64,000 nucleotides of DNA. It comes from Gemmatimonadales bacterium (GTDB lineage: Bacteria; Gemmatimonadota; Gemmatimonadetes; Gemmatimonadales; GWC2-71-9). A program made the position numbers and the translations under genes. Every line of letters begins with the position of its first letter. Position 1 is the first letter of the stretch. The notes under the pieces are model-generated. The model was not told where the DNA came from. It saw nothing but the letters and a program-made list of their open reading frames with translations, and ran no database searches. Where the stretch lies: NCBI GenBank assembly GCA_035526925.1, contig DATLBL010000017.1:21071-85070 (forward strand), given 5' to 3'. Of this stretch, positions 1 through 11,318 are shown piece by piece.

Positions 1-148
1 TTGTCGAAGCTCGCCTTGAAGCAGACCGGCAGCCCACGACGGGCCGCAATGCCCGCGAGCCGCTCGGCGACTCGCGGCAGCACGTCCCCAGGCTCGATGA
101 CGCACGGACCGGCGATGAGGAACGGCCGGTGCGCGAACGTCCACGCCA

Positions 149-149
<1 letters not shown>
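1..149 (-). CDS. kdsA: 3-deoxy-8-phosphooctulonate (KDO8P) synthase, N-terminal 49 codons only; gene continues past the window edge
   Basis: Reverse translation from the ATG at 149 gives MAWTFAHRPFLIAGPCVIEPGDVLPRVAERLAGIAARRGLPVCFKASFDK. The FKASFDK motif and the GPCVIE segment are KdsA hallmarks. The start overlaps the pyrG stop by 1 nt (TGATG). It is absent from the ORF track because it is truncated. Confidence 0.8.
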
Positions 150-2561
<2,412 letters not shown>

Positions 2562-2566
2562 CACGA

Positions 2567-2595
2567 AAGGTAATAGCTCGCCGGAGGCGAGTCAA
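2567..2595 (-). promoter_or_regulatory. Sigma70-like promoter TTGACT-N17-TACCTT, 5 nt upstream of the kdsB ATG (implies a leaderless or near-leaderless mRNA)
   Basis: The minus strand reads TTGACT cgcctccggcgagctat TACCTT tcgtg ATG. The same -10 hexamer and spacing recur at 26463 and 30010. The spacer contains the stem CTCGCC-TCC-GGCGAG, which could also act as a terminator for trpG. Confidence 0.5.
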
Positions 2596-2645
2596 AACTT
2601 GTGCCGAAGGTGCGTGGGCCTTCTATAGACTGTGCTGCGAACGGG

Positions 2646-3266
2646 TTAGCGCCCAGAACCCAGGCCACTCACGTCGGCCCGCGTTCGAGCCAGCTCGAGG
2701 AAATTGGCCAGGAGCCGTTTGCCGTGGCCGGTGCCGACGGATTCGGGATGGAATTGTACGCCGTGGACCGGGAGTTCTCGGTGCGAGACCGCCATGATTT
2801 CACTGCCGGCCGGGCGATCGGTCGACCACGCGGTTACCTCCAGGATGTCCGGCACGGCCGACGCATCGATCACCAGCGAGTGGTAGCGCATCACCTCGAA
2901 CGGCGATGGCATTCCCGTGAACAGCCCATGACCAGTGTGCTCGATCATGGTGGTCTTGCCGTGCATGAGGCGCGTGGCGCGTATGACCTGCCCGCCGAAC
3001 GCCTCACCGATCGACTGATGACCGAGACACACGCCGAGCAGCGGCACGCCCGCGTCGGCGGCCGCGCGGACGAGCGGCACGCTGATACCCGCTTCTCGCG
3101 GCGTGCACGGCCCCGGCGAGATGATGATGGCGGCGGGCTCGAGCGCCAGCACCGCTTCGACGCTCAGCGCGTCGTTGCGATGGACGACCGGCTCGGCGCC
3201 GAGCTCGCCGGCATACTGCACGAGGTTGTAGGTGAAACTGTCGTAGTTGTCGAGGACGAGGAGCAT
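2646..3266 (-). CDS. Anthranilate / aminodeoxychorismate synthase component II (glutamine amidotransferase)
   Basis: The translation contains [25 protein letters not shown] and HGVQFHPES, the class I GATase triad typical of TrpG/PabA. TrpG and PabA cannot be distinguished from sequence alone. Confidence 0.9.
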   Translation of the reverse strand: MLLVLDNYDSFTYNLVQYAGELGAEPVVHRNDALSVEAVLALEPAAIIISPGPCTPREAGISVPLVRAAADAGVPLLGVCLGHQSIGEAFGGQVIRATRLMHGKTTMIEHTGHGLFTGMPSPFEVMRYHSLVIDASAVPDILEVTAWSTDRPAGSEIMAVSHRELPVHGVQFHPESVGTGHGKRLLANFLELARTRADVSGLGSGR

Positions 3267-3277
3267 CGTCCTCGAAG

Positions 3278-4006
3278 CTAGCGGGGAGTCGGCGGCTCCG
3301 CCACGTGCTCCAGCGCCCGCTTGAGCGAGTCGGCGCGCCTGAGGCCCACCGCGCGTAACGAGTCGCCCAGCCGGGTGTGCACCGCCTGCATGGCCTCCGC
3401 ACGCTGCTCGTTCTCGGTCGCGATCGAATCCGCCACCTCTTCGGCATGATCCGCCAGGCTTTCGGCACGCTCGGCCAGCACATCCGACGACGAGTCCTCA
3501 TGCTCCGCCCACTTGCCGCTTCGCAAGGTCTCCGCGAGCGTGGTCGGCACCAGCAACGGCACCGTCACCTCGCCGGGAAGCAGCGTCACCGTGCCGAACG
3601 GTACCAGCGCCGAATCGCTCGTGGCGCAGAAGAAGAAGGCGTGCTGCCCCTTGGGTCCGACGTGCACGTTGACGTCGCCGGCCTTGGCGGAGTCGCTCTC
3701 CAGGTTGGCGGCCAGGCGGCAACCGGCCAACCCTTGCGCCACGAGCGAATCGTCGAGCTTCACCTCGAGGTCGACCGAGGACACTTTCTTGGGGGCCTCG
3801 CGGTTGACCACGAGCCGTTCGAGCTTCCCGAGCCGGTTGCCGTCCAGCTCGAAGGGGACGAATGGCAGCGGGATGGTCAGGGGGCCGGAGCCGGTGACCA
3901 CCTCGGTCACCCGGGCTTTGCCCCGGCGGAAGATCGTCACGACGACCATTCCGACGGCGAATATGGCGAGTGCGCCGAACAAGATTCGCATCCAGTAGCT
4001 TCGCAT
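3278..4006 (-). CDS. Hypothetical bitopic membrane protein (N-terminal TM anchor, beta-rich middle, acidic helical tail)
   Basis: The ORF is 3278..4060. I placed the start at the ATG at 4006, which lies 9 nt after GGAGG. There is a hydrophobic segment, [20 protein letters not shown] recognised no family motif. Confidence 0.6.
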   Translation of the reverse strand: MRSYWMRILFGALAIFAVGMVVVTIFRRGKARVTEVVTGSGPLTIPLPFVPFELDGNRLGKLERLVVNREAPKKVSSVDLEVKLDDSLVAQGLAGCRLAANLESDSAKAGDVNVHVGPKGQHAFFFCATSDSALVPFGTVTLLPGEVTVPLLVPTTLAETLRSGKWAEHEDSSSDVLAERAESLADHAEEVADSIATENEQRAEAMQAVHTRLGDSLRAVGLRRADSLKRALEHVAEPPTPR

Positions 4007-4144
4007 AAGGTTCGGCCTCCAGGCCGCACACAGGGGTTCCGCACCCGGGTGGGGGTACATGTTCCAACGAGAGACGTTCCGGGCCAGTCGAAAGTTTCAC
4101 CCCACGACGGCCCTGCCGGAAGAGCGGCCGGCCCAGGAGCGCAC

Positions 4145-4882
4145 GTGATCGAGGTCGACGGCCTGGAGAAGCGGTACGGCGACTTTCCCGCCGTCCGCGG
4201 CCTCTCCTTCAAGGTGCAGCCCGGCGAGGTTCTCGGGCTGGTGGGCCCGAACGGCGCCGGCAAGACGACCACCATCCGCAGCATTGCCGGCATCATCATC
4301 CCGACCCGGGGCCGCATCCGGATCGGCGAACACGACCTGGCGACCGACGCGGTGGCGGCAAAATCGCTGCTGGCCTTCATCCCCGACGAACCCCATCTGT
4401 TCGAATACCTCACCGTCGAGGAGCATTTGCGATTTGTGGGCCGGCTGTACCAGGTGGGTGATGTCGGCGGTCGCATCCCCGGGCTGCTCGAGGAGCTGGA
4501 CCTGTCGGCCAAGCGCGCCGCGCTGCCGGGCGAGCTGTCGCGCGGCATGAAGCAGAAGCTCGCGATCGCCTGCGGGCTCCTGCACCAGCCCAGCGCCCTG
4601 CTGCTCGACGAGCCGCTCACCGGACTCGACCCCGTGGGCATCCGGAAGATGAAGGCCACGATCGTCCGCCGCGCCGAAGCGGGGGCCGCCGTCATCCTGA
4701 GCTCGCACCTGCTGCATCTCGTCGAGGAGATCTGTACCCGAGTGCTGGTGATGAACGGTGGAACCGCGGTCGCCTTCGGCACCATTGCCGACATCGTGGC
4801 CAGTCGCCCGGCGCTGAGCGGGCGCCGGCTCGAGGACGTCTTTCTGGCGCTGATCTCGCCGAACAGCGACCTGCCCGCGTGA
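4145..4882 (+). CDS. ABC transporter ATP-binding protein
   Basis: The translation has Walker A GPNGAGKTT, the signature LSRGMKQKL, Walker B ALLLDEP and the H-loop SSHLL. The GTG start at 4145 lies inside the longer track ORF 3377..4882. Confidence 0.9.
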   Translation: MIEVDGLEKRYGDFPAVRGLSFKVQPGEVLGLVGPNGAGKTTTIRSIAGIIIPTRGRIRIGEHDLATDAVAAKSLLAFIPDEPHLFEYLTVEEHLRFVGRLYQVGDVGGRIPGLLEELDLSAKRAALPGELSRGMKQKLAIACGLLHQPSALLLDEPLTGLDPVGIRKMKATIVRRAEAGAAVILSSHLLHLVEEICTRVLVMNGGTAVAFGTIADIVASRPALSGRRLEDVFLALISPNSDLPA

Positions 4883-6597
4883 TCCGCGTCTTCATCTATC
4901 TCGCCTGGCGCTCCGCCTACAATCGTGTGGCCAGGCAGCTTCGCCAGCTCAGAAGCCCCCGCTATCTGGCCGCGCTCGCGCTCGGGCTGAGCTATCTCTG
5001 GATCGTGGCGGTCGAGCAGCGGCCCCGGGCGGCCCCGTCCTCGGTGCTCGGGGCACGATGGCTCGAGCTGCTCGGCGCACTGGGCGTCGTCGCGGCGGTC
5101 CTGTGGGGCTGGATCTTCGGCGTCGAGCGACGGGTCCTCGCCTTCACGCCAGCCGAGGTGACCTTCCTGTTCTCGGGTCCGGTGCCTCGACGCGGACTGG
5201 TGCAGTACAAGCTGCTCCGGAACCAACTGCTCATCCTGTTCAACTCGCTGCTGTGGACGCTCATCCTGGCGCGGGAGCGATTCGGCGCGTCACCCTGGCT
5301 CCGGGCGCTCTCCGTCTGGGTCCTGCTCACCACCGTATCGTTCCATCGCCTGGGCGCGTCGTTCGTGCGCACGAGCCTGCTCGAACACGGGCGGATTGCG
5401 CTGCGTCACCGGCTCGTGTCTCTGGGGCTGCTCGGCACCGTGCTGGTGGGCATGACGTGGAGCGTCCGGGACGCAATGCCATCGCTTGCTGCGGGGTGGG
5501 CGGCAGGGCTCACGCCGTTCCTCGACGCGCTCGCCGAAGCCGCCAGCGAGCCCCTGCCCCGGACACTGCTTCTTCCGTTCAAGGCGATCATCCGGCCGCT
5601 TGCCGCTCACTCGTTCGCCGAATGGGTCGCGGCCATGGGGCCCGCGCTCGTCCTCCTCCTCATGCATTACGTCTGGGTCATCCGTGCCGACACGGCTTTC
5701 GAGGAAGCCGCCGCCGAGGCGTCGCTCAGGCGCGCGCACCTGCGCGCGTCTGGCGGGGCGAGCTCACCACCACGGCTGGCCCATCGCCGCGTGCCCCGGC
5801 TGCTGCAGCTCGCGCCGCTGGGGTGGCCGGCCGGTGCCATCCTGTGGAAGAACCTGCTGGCGGTGGTCCGCACTCGGCGCGCCCGCAGCACCGCCGGCGC
5901 CTTCGCGGTGGCCGGCTTTGCAGCGGCGCTGCTCTCCTTCGAATCCAAGGGCACGATCGCGGAGGTGGCCGGTTGGCTCGCCGCAACCTGGGCCGCCATG
6001 ACCGTGGTGATCGGCCCCCAGTGGGTTCGCAACGACTTGCGCAGCGACCTGCTGAAGCTGGACCTGCTCCGGAGCTATCCGCTGGCCGGCCGCGCGGTGG
6101 TCGCAGCCGAAACGGCGGGCTCGACCGTGGTGCTTACGGCGCTGCAGCTCGGCCTGCTGCTCATCGCCTACCTCGCCTTCCTCGGCAATGCGGCGATGGA
6201 GCCGGATCTCGAGATACGGACGATCGCGTTGGTTGCCGCGGTCGTCTGCCTGCCCGGGATCAACTATCTCGGCATGCTGATCCAGAACGGCACCGCGCTC
6301 CTCTTTCCCGCGTGGACGCACCTGGGTTCCGGACGGCCGGGCGGTGTCGAGGCGCTCGGACAGAACATGCTGATGATCGTGGGCTACGGCGCCGCGCTTG
6401 CCGTGGCCCTCGCCGTGCCCGCCCTGCTGGGAGCGGGGGTCTTCGTGCTGCTGCGAGGAGGGCTGGGATGGTGGTCCGCGGTACCCGCGGCGGGCGCACT
6501 GCTGGCAGGCGCGCTGGCCGAGTCGATCGTGGTGCTGCGATGGCTGGGCCGAGTCTATGAGCGAACGGATCCCGCGGAGGCAGGGATCGCGGCCTGA
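4879..6597 (+). CDS. Large polytopic membrane protein, putative ABC exporter permease partner
   Basis: This 572-aa ORF has a GTGA start/stop overlap with the ATPase gene. It has two blocks of hydrophobic helices separated by an Arg-rich loop. It resembles the uncharacterised putative ABC exporter family from memory; its function is unproven. Confidence 0.7.
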   Translation: MIRVFIYLAWRSAYNRVARQLRQLRSPRYLAALALGLSYLWIVAVEQRPRAAPSSVLGARWLELLGALGVVAAVLWGWIFGVERRVLAFTPAEVTFLFSGPVPRRGLVQYKLLRNQLLILFNSLLWTLILARERFGASPWLRALSVWVLLTTVSFHRLGASFVRTSLLEHGRIALRHRLVSLGLLGTVLVGMTWSVRDAMPSLAAGWAAGLTPFLDALAEAASEPLPRTLLLPFKAIIRPLAAHSFAEWVAAMGPALVLLLMHYVWVIRADTAFEEAAAEASLRRAHLRASGGASSPPRLAHRRVPRLLQLAPLGWPAGAILWKNLLAVVRTRRARSTAGAFAVAGFAAALLSFESKGTIAEVAGWLAATWAAMTVVIGPQWVRNDLRSDLLKLDLLRSYPLAGRAVVAAETAGSTVVLTALQLGLLLIAYLAFLGNAAMEPDLEIRTIALVAAVVCLPGINYLGMLIQNGTALLFPAWTHLGSGRPGGVEALGQNMLMIVGYGAALAVALAVPALLGAGVFVLLRGGLGWWSAVPAAGALLAGALAESIVVLRWLGRVYERTDPAEAGIAA

Positions 6598-6614
6598 GGC
6601 GGCCGCCTCAGGCC
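6591..6614. terminator. Perfect 24-nt palindrome between convergent genes (bidirectional terminator candidate)
   Basis: The sequence GGCCTGAGGCGG/CCGCCTCAGGCC overlaps the TGA stop (6595-6597) of the + strand gene. It lies 8 nt from the stop of the minus-strand lipoprotein gene. There is no U-tract. Confidence 0.5.
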
Positions 6615-6621
6615 GCGCGCA

Positions 6622-7128
6622 TCAGCTCTGCCCGGCCGAACGGCCGCCCATCGGCCCACCGGTCCGGGTGACCTCATCGATCCGATTTCTCAGCGCCTCG
6701 AGGGAACGATCGAGCCCGCCCCGCAGATCGCTCCAGCCATCCTCGGTGGCATCGTCGAGACGAGCCAGGTTCCGACCGACCGTTTTCCGGGCGGCACGGA
6801 TGTCGCCCATCGCCTGATCGCTGATCGTCGCGCCGCTCGACTTGGCGTCGTTGGCGAGCTGCTCGATCTGTCCGTCGATGTCCGTCAGGCGGCGATCGAC
6901 GTCGCGCCGAAACTCGCTGCGCTCGGCCCAGGTGTAGCTCTTGAGCTCACGCGCCCCTTCGCGCACGCCCTCACGTACGTCCGTGGCGCCCTCGCGCACG
7001 TCCTGGCCGACGTCCGACACTGCGGAATCGACGCGGCTGGCCGTGTCGTCGCGATCTGCGTCGCGGTCGCGGCAGGCGACGGCCGAAAGCACGAGCGCCG
7101 CGGCGGCGGCGCTGGTCCAGAGTCTCAT
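6622..7128 (-). CDS. Hypothetical lipoprotein with short DVREG repeats
   Basis: The signal peptide carries a lipobox (LVLSAVAC). The mature part is charged and helical, with the tandem segment DVREGATDVREGVREGARE. A GAGGAGG SD lies 7 nt before the ATG. Confidence 0.7.
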   Translation of the reverse strand: MRLWTSAAAAALVLSAVACRDRDADRDDTASRVDSAVSDVGQDVREGATDVREGVREGARELKSYTWAERSEFRRDVDRRLTDIDGQIEQLANDAKSSGATISDQAMGDIRAARKTVGRNLARLDDATEDGWSDLRGGLDRSLEALRNRIDEVTRTGGPMGGRSAGQS

Positions 7129-7217
7129 GACGATGCCTCCTCTCGTGGGGTCACCGATTGCTTGCGTGGCTGAGCTACCAACCTACGTTCCGGACGCCGC
7201 ACGCGAGGTGACCATCC

Positions 7218-10200
7218 TCACCCCCTGGACGGGTCGCCGCTACCGAACCGGCCGTAGCGGAGTGCAAGCGACGGCAGCACGAAGAGGCTCAGCATGGTCG
7301 ATGTCAGCAGCCCACCCAGGATGACGATCGCCATCGGGCCTTCGATCTCGCGGCCGGGATCGCCGCTGCCGAGGGCGAGCGGCAACAATCCCAGCGCGGT
7401 CACGAGCGCCGTCATCAGGATCGGGCCGAGGCGCTCGAGGGCCCCGCGTGTCGCGGCGGCACGACCCCACGGTTCGCCTTCGACCCTGACGAGGTGGTCG
7501 TAGTGCGAGATCAGCATCACGGCGTTGCGCGTCGCGATCCCGAACAGTGTGACGAAGCCGACGAGCGAGCCGAGGCTCAGCAGACCACCGGTCGCAAACA
7601 CCGCCAGCACTCCTCCGACCAGCGCGAACGGCAGGTTGGCCAGCACCAGCAGCAGCCGACTCGCTTCCCCGAAGGCAATCCACAGCAGCATCACGATGCC
7701 GGCGCCGGCCAGCAGGCTGTCGCGCAGCAGCTCGCGGCGTGCGGTGCGCTGGGCCGCGCCCGTGCCGCCAACATCCGCATCGATGCCCGCCGGCATGACC
7801 GCCGGCTCCCGGAGCCGATCCTCGAGGACGCGCATCACCGCCTCTACGTCGCCGCCGCGCACGTTCGCAGTCACGGTCTGCACCCGTCTGGCTCCGACGT
7901 GCGCGATGACGTACCGTCCGGTGGTACGCGCCACATCCGCGACGGTTCCGAGCTCCACCTGCCGCCCCGCGCCTGACGTGATCGGCAGTGACTTCAGGTC
8001 CTCGGGCCGCGACCGGTGTTCCGGCAGGAGCGTGACCACGACGTCGGTCGCGCGGTTCCCCTCGAATGTCTGGGCGACGCGGGTGCCACCCGTCGCGGTC
8101 TCGAGCGTGGCCAGCACCTCGTCGGCACGAAGGCCATAGATCGGGAGTGCCTCCGGCCGAAGGCGCACGGTGACCTCGGGAGCGACAGGCGGTGGATCGT
8201 ACTGCACGTCGATCGCGCCGGGGATGCCGCCTAGCGTCTCGGCGACGCGACGGGCCGCCACATCGAGACTGTCGAGCTCGTCGCCGTACACCCGCACCAC
8301 GAGTTGGGCGGTCGAGCCGGTCAGCGTCTCCTCGATCCGCTCCGCGAGAAACCCACGAATGGCGAAGTTCACGCCGGGGAAGCCGGCGAGAAGCTCGCGC
8401 AGATCGTCCTGCACAGACTCTGCGTCGGCGCCGGCCAAGGGCACGAGGTCGACTTCGAACTCGGTGTAGTGCGTGCCCCAGGTATCCTCCGAGAGCTCGG
8501 CACGGCCGATACGCTGGGCGACCGCGCGCACCCGCGGGTCGCGTCGGAGAGCTTCCGTGACCCTCGCGCCCAACCGGAACGACTCGTCGAGCGACGTCCC
8601 GGGTACGGCCGACATGTGGACCAGGTAATGCCCCTCCCGGAACTCAGGGAGAAAGGTCGCGCCAAAGAACGGCAGCACGGCGACCGCCGCGAGGCAGACG
8701 AGCCCGGCCGAGATGCCGACGGCACCCGGGTGATCCTCCAACCGTGCGAGCACTCGTGCATAGCGCGCCTTGAGCCATGCGAGCGCGGCCGACTCGGGAT
8801 CCGGCGTGAGGCGATTGCCCAGCAGCAGGAGCGTGAGCGCCGGGGTGACGGTGAGCGCCACGGCCAGCGAAGCCAGGATGGCCAGGATGTACGCCAGCCC
8901 GAGCGGCCTGAAGAGCGCGCCCTGCACGCCGCTCAACGTGAGCACCGGCACGAAGACGAGGGCCACGACAAAGGTGGCGTACACGACGCTGCTGCGCACT
9001 TCGAGCGAAGCGTCGAGCACGACACTCGCGGCGGGTCTCGGCGTGGGCACGCCGCGATTCTCCCGGAGCCGCCGGGCGATGTTCTCGACGTCGATGATTG
9101 CATCGTCGACCACCTCACCGAGCGCGATGGCCAGACCCCCGAGCGTGAGCGTATTGATCCCGAAGCCGAGCCGGTCGAGGACGATCAGCGCGGCGAGCAG
9201 CGACAGCGGAATCGCGGTCAGCGAAATGGCCGCGGCGCGGAGGCTCGAGAGAAAAACCAGCAGTACGACCGCCACGAGGACGGCGCCGAGCAGGAGCGAC
9301 GTGACCACGTTCCGGAGCGCAAGGTCGATAAACTCGGAGGGTCGGAAAATGGATGGGTGCAGCGCCAGGCCCGCGGCGCGCATGGACGGCTCGAGCCGGG
9401 TGATGGCCGCCTCGGCGCGCTGGGCAACCACCTTGGTGTTGGCGCCGAGCTGGGCCGAGACCACGACGACGAGGCCTCGGCGCCCATCCACACCGCCTTC
9501 TCCGAACTTTGGCTGCGCGGCCTCGGCGACGCGTCCGAGATCGGCCAGCCGAAGCACCGAACCACCCCGCTCCCGCACGACCGTCTCGCCCAAGGCGTCC
9601 GGCGTAAGCGCCTGTCCCTCGGCACGGACCGTGATGCGCTGGTTCGGGCCGTCGATGACGCCCGCGCCCCGCACGCCCGTCGCCCGGCGCGCGCCCTCAA
9701 CGACTTCGGCAATCCCGATCCCGTAGCGCCGGAGCCGCTCCGGATCGAGCTGGACTTGAAGCTGACGCACTTCGCCCCCGAACACGGCCACCTTCGACAC
9801 GCCTGGCGTAGCCAGCAGCCTGGGCCTGAGCACCCAGTCGACGAAGGTGCGTTGCTCCATCAGTGTCCGGGTTTCCGAGGTGACGCCCACGACGAGCACG
9901 GTGCTCGAGGACGAGGTCAGCGGCGTCAGCACCGGCGGATGAACGCCTTCCGGCAGCCGACCGATCGCCTCGCCGAGCCGCTCGGCCAGCGACTGGCGGG
10001 CACGGTAGATGTCCTCGTGCTCGGCCAGCACCGCCGTGATGACGGACAAGCCCTGTACCGACTGCGAACGAACGGCGGCGATGCCTTCGACGCCGTTGAT
10101 GGCGTCCTCGATGGGCTTGGTGACGAGGACCTCGACCTGCTCGGGTGACAGGCCGGGCGCCTCTGTCTGGATGGAGACCTGCGGCGGGGCGAATTCCGGG

Positions 10201-10316
10201 AACACGTCCAGGCGTGCGTTCGCCACGATGCCGGCGCCGTAGACGACGAGCGCGAGCGCGAGACCGACGACCACGCCGCGATGGCGGATTGAGAGCCGGA
10301 CCAGCCCGGTCAGCAT
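7218..10316 (-). CDS. RND efflux pump inner-membrane permease, CzcA/CusA (heavy-metal efflux) type
   Basis: The product is about 1032 aa and has 12-TM RND architecture with two large periplasmic loops. The operon order OMF-MFP-RND is typical of czcCBA. I placed the start at the internal ATG (10316, MLTGLVRLSIRHRG). Confidence 0.85.
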   Translation of the reverse strand: MLTGLVRLSIRHRGVVVGLALALVVYGAGIVANARLDVFPEFAPPQVSIQTEAPGLSPEQVEVLVTKPIEDAINGVEGIAAVRSQSVQGLSVITAVLAEHEDIYRARQSLAERLGEAIGRLPEGVHPPVLTPLTSSSSTVLVVGVTSETRTLMEQRTFVDWVLRPRLLATPGVSKVAVFGGEVRQLQVQLDPERLRRYGIGIAEVVEGARRATGVRGAGVIDGPNQRITVRAEGQALTPDALGETVVRERGGSVLRLADLGRVAEAAQPKFGEGGVDGRRGLVVVVSAQLGANTKVVAQRAEAAITRLEPSMRAAGLALHPSIFRPSEFIDLALRNVVTSLLLGAVLVAVVLLVFLSSLRAAAISLTAIPLSLLAALIVLDRLGFGINTLTLGGLAIALGEVVDDAIIDVENIARRLRENRGVPTPRPAASVVLDASLEVRSSVVYATFVVALVFVPVLTLSGVQGALFRPLGLAYILAILASLAVALTVTPALTLLLLGNRLTPDPESAALAWLKARYARVLARLEDHPGAVGISAGLVCLAAVAVLPFFGATFLPEFREGHYLVHMSAVPGTSLDESFRLGARVTEALRRDPRVRAVAQRIGRAELSEDTWGTHYTEFEVDLVPLAGADAESVQDDLRELLAGFPGVNFAIRGFLAERIEETLTGSTAQLVVRVYGDELDSLDVAARRVAETLGGIPGAIDVQYDPPPVAPEVTVRLRPEALPIYGLRADEVLATLETATGGTRVAQTFEGNRATDVVVTLLPEHRSRPEDLKSLPITSGAGRQVELGTVADVARTTGRYVIAHVGARRVQTVTANVRGGDVEAVMRVLEDRLREPAVMPAGIDADVGGTGAAQRTARRELLRDSLLAGAGIVMLLWIAFGEASRLLLVLANLPFALVGGVLAVFATGGLLSLGSLVGFVTLFGIATRNAVMLISHYDHLVRVEGEPWGRAAATRGALERLGPILMTALVTALGLLPLALGSGDPGREIEGPMAIVILGGLLTSTMLSLFVLPSLALRYGRFGSGDPSRG

Positions 10317-10332
10317 CGAGGTGCCGTCAGCG

Positions 10333-11295
10333 TCACTCGCCCGACTCGTCCCCAACCGTGACGCGGGCGCGGAATTCCTCGCTCAACAATTCTTCGGCGC
10401 CCCGCACTACGACCGAGTCCGTGCGGGTGAATGGCGGCCCCGCGACCCATCCCCCGGTCGTGTGCTCTGCGGTCGCGACCCGGAGCCGCTCGAATCGGCC
10501 CGGACCACGGCGACGGTAGGCCCAGGTCAGTCCTTCCCACTGCACGACGGCCGCATCGGGGATCACGAGGGCATCGCCTCGGGGGCGCGCCGACCCCGGC
10601 ACGTACACGACGACGGGTACGCCGGGCGCCGCGCCGGGCCACGAGTGCGCGGCGCGATACAGGTAGGCTGGACGGCGCGTTGTGAGGTCCGCCTCGGGCG
10701 CGGGGCCGATGAGCCGTGCGTCGACCCGGGAGCCGGTGTCGGACGGGCCGACCGCGACGCGGCGAGCCGGGGTGGGGCTCATGCGCTCCAGCCACACCAC
10801 CCGGACCACCGGGCGACTGTAATCCGCGATCTCGAGCAGGGATTGGCCGGCGGTGACGAGCGCACCGGGCTGCGCCCCCACACTCGTCACCACGCCGGCG
10901 ATGGGCATCGAGAGCGGTCGGGCATCGGAGACCTGGCCGACCGCCGCGCCCGCTGCAACACGCTCACCCAGCCCCGGCCACCTCGAGCCCGGTGGCAGAG
11001 TCAGTCGACCCGCCACTGGCGCCCGCAGTACGGCAGTCCGCTCGAGTTCGGGAACCACTTCCCCGATTAGACGTTCCTTCGGCTCGCCTGCGACCAGCTC
11101 GAGCGGCACCACCCGGAGGCCGAGGCGGCGCACCTCCGCGGTATCGAGGGCAACGACCACCGCGCCCTTGTCCTCGACCAGGCGGCTGGGCGCTACCACG
11201 GGCTCGTCACGCGCGGCGCCGAGTGAGATCTCTCGCCGGTGTTCGCGGTAGAGGGTAACCAGCCACGCGGCGACGGCCAGCGCCACGATGACCAT
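10333..11295 (-). CDS. RND efflux periplasmic adaptor (membrane fusion protein)
   Basis: The protein has an N-terminal TM anchor (MVIVALAVAAWLV) followed by a barrel-sandwich/HlyD-like region. Its position between the OMF and RND genes supports the call. The start (ATG at 11295) is uncertain. Confidence 0.8.
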   Translation of the reverse strand: MVIVALAVAAWLVTLYREHRREISLGAARDEPVVAPSRLVEDKGAVVVALDTAEVRRLGLRVVPLELVAGEPKERLIGEVVPELERTAVLRAPVAGRLTLPPGSRWPGLGERVAAGAAVGQVSDARPLSMPIAGVVTSVGAQPGALVTAGQSLLEIADYSRPVVRVVWLERMSPTPARRVAVGPSDTGSRVDARLIGPAPEADLTTRRPAYLYRAAHSWPGAAPGVPVVVYVPGSARPRGDALVIPDAAVVQWEGLTWAYRRRGPGRFERLRVATAEHTTGGWVAGPPFTRTDSVVVRGAEELLSEEFRARVTVGDESGE

Positions 11296-11318
11296 CGCCC
11301 CTCGGCGCAACGCCGGAC

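Noticed and set aside
6940-7010. A nucleotide-level tandem repeat or CRISPR-like periodicity around the DVREG coding repeats.
   Set aside because: The repeats are short, imperfect and in frame within a lipoprotein gene. There is no spacer-repeat architecture anywhere in the window.
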